A stretch of DNA of 61,926 nt, the filler included, from Choristocarpus tenellus KU-1152 (lineage: Eukaryota > Protista > Phaeophyceae), in the NCBI GenBank assembly GCA_964200185.2. It is 8 parts of 8 records of this genome, joined end to end, with 100 filler letters (N's around TTAATTAATTAA, not from the genome) between each part and the next. Parts side by side here need not be neighbours in the genome. Positions count along the whole stretch, not along the records: positions 37,479 to 42,019 come from CAXNAD020014087.1; positions 42,120 to 45,334 come from CAXNAD020021479.1; positions 45,435 to 54,422 come from CAXNAD020004117.1; 5 more parts are not named here. One strand, 5' to 3'. Positions 37,379-48,900 of the stretch are shown here, piece after piece. The translations under genes and the position numbers were made by a program. Below the pieces are notes generated by a model. That model saw only the letters and a program-made list of their open reading frames with translations. It was not told where the DNA came from and made no database searches. The stretch's first letter is position 1. Each line of letters starts with the position of its first letter.

Positions 37379-38961
37379 NNNNNNNNNNNNNNNNNNNNNN
37401 NNNNNNNNNNNNNNNNNNNNNNTTAATTAATTAANNNNNNNNNNNNNNNNNNNNNNNNNNNNNNNNNNNNNNNNNNNNCAAATGGACAGCCGCCACCCCC
37501 TCCCAGATACTTTGAGTCTAATCGATGCAGAAGTCATGGCGATTGCATTGCCCGAGGGTAAGGTAAAGGGGTCTGAAGGAATTAGACACCAAACGATACA
37601 TTTGAGAGTAAGGGATGTATGGATCTTGATAGGAAACTATTTTCACATTATGTCTCCTGTGATTGGCCCTGGTCGATTTTTTCTTTGGCGACTGGTGTAC
37701 CTGTTGGAGTTACACTAGAAAAGGGGTTGGCTTAGCAAACTAGTGCGATGGAGGGGTCCTAGAGATTACAGAGTGCAGAAGCAGGGTCGAGAGATAGAAG
37801 ACTTCTCAAGACAGTAGATTAGATCAGTGAAAACCTACGTTTGTGGAGTGGGGACGGGCAGAAATTAGCGGGGAGAATCTGAGTGCCCCCATTATGAATT
37901 TTGTTCTTCACCTGCCAATGGCAGCCCTACACATTTTCGCTGATGCATACTCCACTACAGCAGTAGGGGGGTACAATGTAGAAACAGAGAGGTGGCGCAA
38001 GCAATACAACTTTCGAGATGCGTTAAGGGAGATGTAGATGTAAGTAAGTGCTGTTAAGGGAAATAAGAGTAAGATTTTCCAATAGCAAAGTCCTTCCCTG
38101 AACCGTTGGGAATGGTAATGAATGCATGGTTTCTAGTTGAGGTGAAGCGGGGGCAAGATGTAGTGACAACTATGTATCATCTATCCAATCAATGAGGTCA
38201 AGCTTGGGTGGGTGGGGTAGGTGGATATATGTCTTTTTCTAGTTCCAAGGTTCAGTAAGGTAGGGGGGGAGGTGGATAGCTGTGCAGTGTTTTGAGTAAA
38301 TGAAAAAAATGTGGAATGTTTTGGGAGGATTATTTTGGGAATGGATTACGCTAATCGCAGTATAGTTTGAGGGGATGTGCAGATGGTAACCGTGTCGATT
38401 TGAGTGGATATGGGGATGGTACGGTTGTTTTGAGAGTGAGTGGATGTAGTGGCGGTAGGACAAGGTTTTAGGGTTCGGTGGAAAAAGGAAGTTATGGAGT
38501 GATAGGCGGGTGGGAATGAAGGAAAAGGGTGGGCAATTTGTCGATCCAAAATTTCGTCAGCAAACAAAAAATCTGTGATACTTGCGTAGGTATCAAACAG
38601 TACTTACGTACGAGGTTAAAAAGTACGTCCAACTACATACGTTACACATCTCTGGTTTTTCTTATTTTTGGTGAATGGTGGTAAGTTGGGGATTGAATTA
38701 TTGAATGATGACGTTTCAAGATGGTAATCAGCAGTCAGAAATTTACCGCCCATTTAACATAGCATTATAACTTGGAAAATAAACACAATATTGTAATCCG
38801 TTCGGGGGAATATTCAGGGGTGGCGTCAGCAAGTCATTCATCCAAGAACATTTCCACCCACCACTCCAACAAGAAATTCCCATACCCACACCTCAGACCA
38901 AGTCGCATAACTACTACTGTGATACACAAACCACTGCAACTTCTCAACACCTCGATTCAAG

Positions 38962-39313
38962 ATGGCCAGCGTCGTTGGAGTGTTCAATGGTATGCCTAAG
39001 ACCAAGGCTTTCGGATTGTCATTCGCGGCGGCGACTGGGGTGACTACAGTTCTCTTCAGCGCCCTCTCCGCTTCGGGTAAGAGGAAGACCATGCCAGGAA
39101 GGAACAACGATTAGTCGAATCCTTTGCAACATTATGCCACTATCTGGTTATGTTCCCTTTCCGTACAAGCAATTCGTTAATGACCACCTACTTCCCCCCT
39201 ACCGTTGCAAAAACCCTACAGCGAAGCCAGTCAAGACCAGGACACCGGAGTGGGAGCAAGCCACAGTTGACTACCAGAAGTGCCAGGAGCTCAACCCAAT
39301 GAAAATCAGTTAA
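38962..39313 (+). CDS. Small (68 aa) cytochrome c oxidase subunit IV (COX4)-like protein, 2 exons
   Basis: Exons 38962-39076 and 39222-39313 (GT-AG) give MASVVGVFNGMPKTKAFGLSFAAATGVTTVLFSALSASAKPVKTRTPEWEQATVDYQKCQELNPMKIS*. One hydrophobic helix is followed by P-x-x-T-x-T-P-E-W...A-T-x-x-Y...N-P, like the COX4/yeast Cox5 C-terminus. Absent from the ORF track. Confidence 0.75.
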
Positions 39314-41354
39314 ATAGAACTATCTTGACTTGTTTGTTATTGTATTTAATGTAGTTGTTTCCTCGTGTTTTGTTTGTGATTCGTAGTCCTGATGGGTCGC
39401 CCATTCAGAAAGTACTGGGTGGTGGGATTGACGTGTTTTGTGTTCATCCAGAGGAGAGGCTGCACAATTTTGGCGGTGAAAAGAGAATTTCTTCCACTGA
39501 GTTGCGTTGATATTTTAATCTAATAAAGACTCGGCACGCACGTGTCCGTTTTTTCTCGAGTTCCACCTGTTTTCTCATGATCACTTATCTGGACTCCCAA
39601 CTTTCTCACGCAAGAATTCTTCCTTTCGATTACAAGATTTGAGGAGCAGGCTGCCAGTTATCTCCTTCTGCTCGTCAAGATTACGGAACACCTTTGATGT
39701 ATACAACTACTTACAAGCATCCGCAAGGGTGACCCCAACACCTTAACAAGACGACCTCGAACAGACATCCGATCCTCCAGTCCAACGATTACAGATTCGC
39801 TAACCTCCATCATACTTGGGGCTGTTAAGTAATACAATGTGTTGTAAGCTCTATGTGAAAGCCTTGTGCTTCATTGCAGCAGCTGACAACGACAGTTGAC
39901 CTGGTCTTCGCTTCGATAGAGAAATTTAACTATTTCCCACAACTATCACAACCAATCTTGACTAACCCCATTTGCGAAGGAAAAAGAATTGTTTGACACT
40001 TAATTCCCAACAATCCGCCTTTCTCATGCCGATGTCTATTGTTATCCTTTCCAACCCTTACATATTTAATCACACAGTTGTCTCTATGAACACATCATGA
40101 TATTCACTGTAGAGCAGTATGCGATATCCTCAATGAGATGGCAGCAAACAGACTGATGATCTACAAACATGTCAAGCAAAACGTTCAAATTAACAACTCC
40201 TACAAATTTGGAAGCTTCAACAACGCCGATTTTTTTCAAATTATACTGTGACGACACAATACTACCCTTCCTCATTTTGTGGGGTTGGCAAGTTCCAGCC
40301 AGAGATGAACCTCCTTTTTAAGTCACGTAAACCATGTCTTTTTGAACCAGCCTCATATGTATTCAAGCTCATGCAAACAACAGTTTAAGACACAAACATT
40401 TTCAGAACTTAAAAAAAAGTAATATTGACGATACACACAAAGTTTTTGAATAAATCGATACCGCTGTTTCGTCAAATATGTGAAGACACACCTCAAAGCA
40501 TCCCATGTAATATAGTTTAAGGCAGTTGAGTTTAACCTCGCTCACTGCCTCTGGAAAATATATTACAACTATTTACTCGTGCTTTATGATTGGAACTTGT
40601 GTACAAACACGATGTTAAGGTAATAAATACCATGGCCTCAGTCAGACACTGTCACGAAGAAAATAGAAGTGAACAGTCGGAACACTAGCCACTTCATCCT
40701 CACCAATGTACACACTTACACTTATACATAAAAGCAGCAAACAATTAGATACTCTGACTATGAACACCATAATTTGAAAACATTAACCTGTCCTAATCCC
40801 ATTCTGTAGGAAGTCCAATATGTCGAAATGCACAAAATGTAGCGCTTTCAGTACCAGACATGCGTCAAGACTTGGGTGATACTCTGAGTAAACAGTGAAC
40901 CAAACTTGCCCCTTCACCCTAATAAATTTCCCTGATATGCACGAAGCACAATCCCTACAAGCATGTCTTGCCACCAGGCAGTACAATCAACAGTCAACAC
41001 TAAAAAAAAAAAACATTTAGTCCCTTGTAGAGAAATCGCAACCCAAACAGGTTCATACTTGTCCAGCCAACACGTCATCTACTCAATCTTCCAACCTCCT
41101 CGATATTTCTACCCCGCAACTAAACCCTGCACCCACCCCCTCATACATGTTCTCCAGCAAATCTTATCGCACAGAACACGACACTTGCTACACCAACAAA
41201 TTATGCATGATCAAAAGGTATCAAAATCATGATGGTGCTACAAAAAAAACTGTCCTAATAACATCCCCCTTCAATTCAATTCGCTCCCTCATGGTATCCC
41301 CCTTGTTAACACACAGTATGGCTTCTAGCACAAAACTGAAGTTCGTCTGACGCC

Positions 41355-41498
41355 TCAATTGCCTGCCGCCTTCATGCGAGCTTTGTACTCCGCAGGGGTC
41401 TCAAGCCCTGTCTTACCCCACAACCCCAACTTTTTTGCCTTGGCCTCCTCCTCGAGAGCCTCCAGTTCCTCTTTGTGGCCATTGTACTCTGCCCCTCC
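41355..41498 (-). CDS. Terminal exon of a staphylococcal-nuclease (SNase/LCL3-like) protein
   Basis: After polypyrimidine acceptor TGTTTTTCTATAG: GGAEYNGHKEELEALEEEAKAKKLGLWGKTGLETPAEYKARMKAAGN*. Matches the thermonuclease C-terminal E-x-x-A-K-x-x-x-x-G-L-W...P-x-E-Y-K pattern. Confidence 0.8.
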   Translation of the reverse strand, partial: GGAEYNGHKEELEALEEEAKAKKLGLWGKTGLETPAEYKARMKAAGN

Positions 41499-42161
41499 CT
41501 ATAGAAAAACACAGGGGTGGGGGGGGGAGGGGCAGTGAACCAAGTACACAGGCCAAGAAAAAAAACGAGATTAGGTGTAGAGGTGTAGAGATGTAACTGT
41601 CGCTAGGAGCAATGTTGACAGATAGTTGCAGCAATGAAAAAAGAAAAGCAACAAAAAACCCAAGTGGCGTGTATGATAGATGCGATGGGCTGGCTGGCGG
41701 CCAACTCAAAATTTATAACTCCTTGTCTTACATAGCAGTCAAATCCCTTGAAGAGCACAGCTCGCAAACGTGCAATGGAACTCACAAAGAGGAATGTTAC
41801 CCTTCAGAACACAAGACACTTTTCGGTGTACGCTACAGTTTTGTGTCTAGAAAGCATACACCCACACCCACACCCACACAAGACTCAAGTGGTGCTCCTC
41901 TCCAACAAACGCAATCAGTTGGGGAATTTGGTCTAGTGGACTCTTTATCTCTTTATAATCATGCCAAACTTGACCCAAAGTATCTGGGGGGGGGGGGTCT
42001 ACACTAGAGTGTCCATTTGNNNNNNNNNNNNNNNNNNNNNNNNNNNNNNNNNNNNNNNNNNNNTTAATTAATTAANNNNNNNNNNNNNNNNNNNNNNNNN
42101 NNNNNNNNNNNNNNNNNNNTTTTTTTTTTTTTTTTTTTTTTTCTTTTCTCATAAAAAAAAA

Positions 42162-42218
<57 letters not shown>

Positions 42219-42535
42219 CCCCAAATATGCTCTTCAATCCTAACCAGCATTGTGAAGTAGAAGCATACACTCCATCGGGCTGCTGACCAATGGTGAAGCT
42301 CTCGTTTTTGCCACCAACTTGGAATTGGCTGTTTGGTGTAGGAGTGGTACGATGTTTTTTCTATTTACCGCCAAAAATGTACAAGTAATTCCACATACAC
42401 CTACAACGCTATTTTTTTTCATAGACATACTGTATCACCGACTGAACCAACACTCTATGTAATGACGCTGACCCCAACCCTGGCCCTGGTCCTGGCCCTG
42501 GCCCTGGCCCTAAATCCACCAACTAAATGCAACAG

Positions 42536-43664
42536 TCAGAAGAGGCGAGCGAAGTAAAAAAGTTGAAGAGCCTAAGCACTCGCCTCGTGCGCAGGGCTGT
42601 ACACAGCATCCCCCCCTACATGTGGTACTCAGCACTGCCACAGCTAACCTCCAGGTAAAATACACACAATATTATTATAAATAATAATAATGTTACTGTT
42701 ATTGTTGTTGATAATAATAATTGTAATAATAGTGGTAGAAGTTCTTCTACAACTGGTCAAGTCGTTGTGATTTCTGTTTTATAAGTAGGGTTAGGTTTCA
42801 AAAGTCACAATATATAGTAGAGTACTAGCAGTGTTAATAGTAGTATATATGCAACAAATGCAGTGTAGTGGTAGAAGGATTGTTGTATTGAAGTAGGTCT
42901 CCAGTAGGTGGGTGTGCGCACCTTGAAACTGTCCTTCTGATTAGCCCTAGCCCCAACCCTAACCCTGACCCTGACCCTAACACTACTTTCTTCTCTTTTT
43001 TTTTTTAGCTGAATACCGTTTCTCTAGAAGCAGATTCTCGCCAGGAACAAGAGGCTGCCTGTCCTCTTTTTAAAATAGTTAACACAGTATTGAAATAGCA
43101 AACGCCAGTATCAATAGTATGGTATGGTACAACACCAGTGCATGTTGCTGAGAGCAGTAGCAGTACTAACAGCTATGCCAGAAAACCCAGAGCAACAGAT
43201 GTGCTGCAACATGTCGAGTGCCCCCAAGGTCGATGAATTGCCCGGGCAACTGCAACCTTAATTTCAAGTTCGTGGTCTTGACATGACAACTGGCTCTCTG
43301 GCAAGGGTAATCAATCTCCGTGGTAGATTTGTCCTGTCCCTAAAGGCCTGCACCATTTCTCCACTGGTTCAGGATTCTGCACTCCCTTCCTTTTCCTTTC
43401 TTTTTTTTTCTAGCTTCATTTCTTCTTCTGCCCTCTCTTTCCTTGTGGTGTAGGGTGGGCCATCCCAGTGAAGAGGTCTTGGCTGTCATAGTGGAGGTGC
43501 TGTCTTTGCTTCTCCAGGCCCATCCGTCGCAAGTTCTGTGGCATTTGTCCAGCCTTGCCCTGTCTCTCAATAAGACTCGGAGGAAGGTAGGGGATAAGAT
43601 CTTCCATGAGGCCAAGCAATTGCTGGCTGGTGAGGGCAGGGCGGACGATGCTACCGCCATCCAG
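42536..43664 (+). CDS. ATR: PIKK kinase ATR/Mec1, internal FAT-domain exons
   Basis: Exons 42536-42654 and 43454-43664 splice to ...IPPYMWYSALPQLTSRVGHPSEEVLAVIVEVLSLLLQAHPSQVLWHLSSL..., matching the ATR QLISRICH...YPQQAMW region. A further mini-exon at 44350-44391 is possible. Confidence 0.8.
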
Positions 43665-43884
43665 GTATATTTTATTGCTGTAACAGTAGCGCTGTGATTG
43701 TTTTGTTGTTTTTTTTTGGGGGGGGAAGGGGAAGGGGTGGCGGGCGGGCGGGGTGGAGGGGTCGTTCTTGTGGATTTTTTTTGTTGTTCTGCATTCTGTG
43801 TCTTAGGTCAAATCAGTGAGAGAGAAGAAAAAAAATTGTAACAATTTTCTCGTTGATGGGATGGGACCTGGCAGATCATAGATC

Positions 43885-44020
43885 AGTAGTAGTGGTAGTA
43901 GTAGTATCAGTAATAGTAGTAGCAGTAGTAGTGGTAGTAGTAGTAATAATAATAGTAATAGTAGTGGTAGTAGCAGTAGTAGTAGTAGTAGTGGTGGTGG
44001 TGGTGGTAGTAGTGGTAGTG
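43885..44020. repeat. (GTA/GTG)n trinucleotide microsatellite
   Basis: Direct reading; produces the spurious poly-Val ORF. Confidence 0.9.
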
Positions 44021-45233
44021 TTTTTTATTTTTGTTTTTTTGGGGTGTTCATATTCGTAGAACTGCTGTTGTTGCGAAGAAAAGAGTGAAATATATATTTC
44101 TTATGTGTTAATAAATAGCTAGTTCTTGTTTATCAATTTTAGATAATTCCTTGTGATCATTTAATTATCACAACAGGAAAACAAGAATGTACTGTTGACA
44201 CGTATTTCTAAGTTCAACAACATTTTTTTTATTTACTACTTTCCATGGGACACTTGCACTCAAATAAGGTTATCTTCTTATTTGAGTTCGGACTCCTTTT
44301 TTGTGAAATGAAAAAAATCAAAAAGGGAAGTCGTTTGTTATTTGTGTAGGCGGAGCAACCACTCAGCAAAGCTGTTTCATGCCTGTCTCAGGTGAACCTC
44401 TATGACTGCCCTGCAGTATATCATTTTTGATCCCAAATTTGTCCAATCAAAAACATCTCTGGTGACGGTCCAATCAAAAACGATGAAAGGGTTCTATTGT
44501 GAGAAATTTCGAGCACTGAATCAACGTTGACTAAATAAAAAATGGGATCTTTTTTTTTTTAGTATTGTCTTGTGTGTTCGAGTGCATGTCTATTACTGGT
44601 TTAGTAGTATCGAAGGGGTGTCCTCAACCGTCTCATTTGAAATGTGCCCATTTTCTCTAGAGGACTCTATAAGAGATCTGAAATCGTCTAGCGTAAACAG
44701 TCGAATGATACGACCCTGCTATGGTGACTACTTCATAAAACAACTCTCTCTGACCACTAGTTACTGGTTTTATTTTTTTTAATTCAATATTTTCATCTTG
44801 TGACCATTTAACTGACCTCATTTATCCATTTGCTTTTTTGTGCTCAGAACTCAGAAACTAGATTCCTCCCTCTCTTTTATCATAACAATAGTAATAAGAA
44901 ATATAATTATTGTTATCATTATTATTATATATCGTGCGGTGGTTAAAGCATGGTATGATAATAATATAAAATAATAGCAAAAAAATAATACTACCATGAT
45001 TACGCCACAAATTATTTTTGCAGCCACAAAACATTAGTGTACACAAAACCATTTCAAAAAAATAATAGGATTCTTGAAAAATGATTTCGTGCACTATAAC
45101 CCAACACATTTAAACCCCTAGCTTTCAGTACAGACAATAACCTAGGTCCTGGGTCAAATCCTCTTAATGTGCTTCCCAAGAGTGTTTGCATTGTTTCGAG
45201 GAGTTTCATGTAGAACCCAGCATGCGTGCGCGC

Positions 45234-45254
45234 GCACACACACACGCACACACA

Positions 45255-45289
<35 letters not shown>

Positions 45290-45334
45290 GCACACACACA
45301 CACATGCACATGCACACACACACACACACACATG
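45234..45334. repeat. (CA)n microsatellite at contig end
   Basis: Direct reading. Confidence 0.9.
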
Positions 45335-45942
45335 NNNNNNNNNNNNNNNNNNNNNNNNNNNNNNNNNNNNNNNNNNNNTTAATTAATTAANNNNNNNNNN
45401 NNNNNNNNNNNNNNNNNNNNNNNNNNNNNNNNNNAGGCATTTCACCATTGGCGTGTGCTGTCGTACCTGTCCCCCTGCCCTGGGGCAGGTACGGGCATGA
45501 CTGATATCAACATTTTGCCTCCTGCACCCTGCCACTGGGCACCTGTTCGATAGGACCCCCTCTCTCCCTAGGGATCTGATGACTGTGAGCTTGAATTCCT
45601 AAGGGGGGATCTGGCATGCTGTTTCCAGTGGTTGTGTAGAGGCCCAGGCGTTTGCTCCTTGTCCACACTGGCTCCGGTAATAGTTACTAGGTAAGTTTTG
45701 GGAGTTGGATGTTTGATGCATTTGTTTTAAGGGTTCCTACAATCGCGCGTCAACTATACGCGCGCAAAATCCATAAGAGTGACAGGTTTGAATGCTCTTT
45801 ATTGGATAGGTATCACGCTGGCTAGTCATGTCTACCTGGAGTTGGCTGCTTTTGTAGGTGCTAGAACTCCTACTTTTTTCATCAGCGAGTGTTGCTTGGA
45901 GGCAAGGATGAATTCTCAGCTTTGTATCCATTGCCAACCGTG

Positions 45943-48900
45943 ATGGGAACCACTTGGAGGACAATGTCGTCGTCCGTCCTTCCAAAAGAGTTACACGATG
46001 CCTTTGCTGGAGCAGCTGCTGGGGGTGCGTGCAGGTTCTTCCCTGTGTCCTGTAGATTACCAGTGTTGCTCTACCCATTTTCACCCCCTGTACTGGGACT
46101 CACGTTCAATAAGTCCATCTTACCTAATGGTAGGGTTAGTGAAGATGCAACAATCAAATCAAATTGCTACTGTTGTTGATGCCTCATTATCATGCATCGG
46201 CTGCCCCCTTTGTTCTCTAGAAGCCTGTTAATGTGACTCCCAGCCCGTTGAGTCTATGCCCACTCGTGCTTATCTGTCCGTTCTTTTGTTGTGCGAGGTA
46301 CTCAGCTCTGTCACGGATGGCCATTGCCCCTTTCGACGTCGCCAAGATCAGGTGAGCGCCGATCGTTCTGGTGACTTAGGATTGAGATGGTTATTTTCAG
46401 GAGAGAAGGGGGAGAGTTTGATTGATGTTATATCGAGCTCAGCTTCATCACTGTCTGCGTCCTTCAATATTATATTGACGGCTGCATAGGGCGGGTGATG
46501 GTCAATGCTCTGATGCAAGCCGATGGAAGGTTTCCTCGTGCCATCACTGGTTGGTATCAGCCGGCTCTATCTATCTAGCATATGAAGGTTTCTTGCTCTG
46601 ATCGGCAACGGTGCTTATCTTGTGCTTGAATCTGTCTATTCCATATCGCAATGATTGTTGCACATTACTTCATTAGATCTATGAACGACTTTCGGTCAAA
46701 TAAGATTCTTATTGCCAGCTACTATCTGTTGGTATGAACGGTTACCCTTTGGAATGTAACCAATTCCGTTTTGCTGCGGACAGGTACCAGCTCGATGTGG
46801 CCCCCACACCCCGCTACGCAAACCTGCGAGGGACACTAGCGAGCATCTACTCCGAGGAAGGACTAATAAGCCTCTGGAGGTGAGGTTGTACTCACAGAAA
46901 TGATAATGTATACCTTCCTCTGAAAGCTCTGCATGCATGGGTCTTGCCCACTATGTTATCTGAAGCACATCATTATAGGTATACTAATGTGCTCTATGTT
47001 ACGCACTTGATGCTTCCAGTGTAAGTATCTTCTCTCCCACAGTCCCCCCAATGCCCCCACCAACCTGGTACGAACAGAGGCAACACGCCAGCCATGTTCT
47101 TGTGGGTGACATACACAGGAGTACAGTTTGGGGTTTATGGAAAGCTGCAACAACTTGCTGTCGCCTTGGCGAGAGGCAGGGTCAGTCCAGGTACCACCAA
47201 TGGCTCTGAGGTCAAAGGACAACACAGAGGTGGAGAGGTGGGCAATGCAGCCAGTCTGGGCCCTGCATGGAATGGTGTGTGTGGCGCCATCTCTGGTGGG
47301 ATAGCCACAATTGTGTCATACCCATTGGATATAACTAGAACGGCGTTAGCATACCAGGTGAGATTTGTAGTGGTATCTATTTTTATGTGTAGGTTCAGGT
47401 TGTGGTTGTGTGAGTGCTTTTTTTGTATTTGTTTCTTCTGTACTATTTGAAGGAGTAACGATTATTCAGTGATGATAGTAGGGCAAAACCTACATACACA
47501 GGGGGTTGTGGGGAAGTGTGATCATTTGGTGGATGAATCCACTGTTCCAAAAGGCCTGGGCAGTTACTGGAATGTGGTTTGTATATATCCAAGCCGCCTC
47601 TCCCCCCACCCTGGCCAAAGTCTTTTTCACACCCTCCAATCCCAATCTCGCCCCTTCTCTGAAGAGATTTCAAGATGAGGGCAATCAATATGTTGTGTTG
47701 CGTATCCATGATTTTTTTTTAATATACCGATTGGTCTACCCAAGCCCCCTCTTAGTACCCCTTTGCTTTCTTTCCCCCCATCACTACAATGCTATATATA
47801 TATCCTTTTGCCATGTCCCTGTAGGGAGTTCCAAAACGCTATCCATCGATGGTATCATTTATAGTGCATACCGCTCAAACTGCTGGGCCAACCGGGTTCT
47901 TCCGGGGCATGTCGGCAGCCCTGACCATGATTGCACCCCAGATGGGTGTGGGTTTTGCAGTCTATGAGGCTGCCAAGGCCAATCGACCAAGATGGCTAGG
48001 TGGCTATGAAGGAGGAAGTGTGGAGAAGGGAGCTGATGGAAGTGGTGAGGTAGGGGATGGGAGACGAAGGAGGGACGCAAGTGTTGGTGGAGATATGGTT
48101 GGTGAGGGGGGCATGGGGAGAGGGTGGGGATGACTTTTTGGAAGGAAAAGGGAAGGGCGGCTTGGCAACTGTTTGCAGGAGGCATGGCTGGGGTTTCGAG
48201 CAAGCTGGTGGTGTTTCCTCTGGACACTGTTAAGAAGCGTGTTCAGGCACAGGTGAGTCACGAGGGTTTCACTGTGAGTTTGGGAGGGTGGAGGCCTGGG
48301 TACAAGATGTGTGATGGCAGGGTCAAGAGCAGAGGAGGTTTCTGTTGGTTGATTGGGGTTGATGTCTCCCAATGAAGAGGGGTTGGTGCAGAAGGAAGCC
48401 GAGAGATCATTAGGTACAATCCGTTTGTTCATCGAACCATTCTGTTTCGATGAAAAGATGCTACTGTCGAAAAATACAATGTATGCCTATTTTTTTTGCT
48501 CTTACTGGTCAAGGGCCATAGACGGCTACAGTACTTGCAACTGCACTCAGGAAATATAACTTGGTTGTAGAGGACACTCATCTCGGTTGTGGGTTTCATA
48601 TGGTCCTATTGGCGATTGTAATACCTCAGATGACATAGCACTCAATAGTAGAGCCACCCTAGAGTGCTTGGTCAAGTATGGCCCATAAGCCTATTTTCTA
48701 GTCAACACAATGACCCATCTATCCATGTTGCCTGTTTTCGGGAAAGCACTTGAAACTGTTTCCTCTGCAACACGCCCATGGTCCAAACGCTCATGGCCAT
48801 TTCCCTGGAAATGCCCATTGCCCAGCACAACAGTCAGGACCACTTGCTCTGTTAAACAAGATGTATTTGTGCTGAACTTAATTTATTACATAATTACGTA

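Noticed and set aside
42120-42220. Poly-T/A/C/G tracts (also 57780-57891 and 61340-61520) and their poly-Gly/Phe/Lys ORFs
   Set aside because: Low-quality contig-end or gap-adjacent homopolymer artefacts.
43853-44059. Poly-Val ORF, and the His/Thr or Cys/Val ORFs at 45054-45386 and 57936-58232
   Set aside because: Translations of microsatellites.
45462-45493. GC-rich hairpin CGTACCTGTCCC...GGGGCAGGTACG upstream of the carrier gene, considered as a TPP riboswitch or Helitron end
   Set aside because: Lacks the TPP aptamer core motifs (CUGAGA, AUACCUG, GUAGGGA/GCGUAGG context) and a CTRR terminus; a single hairpin is insufficient.
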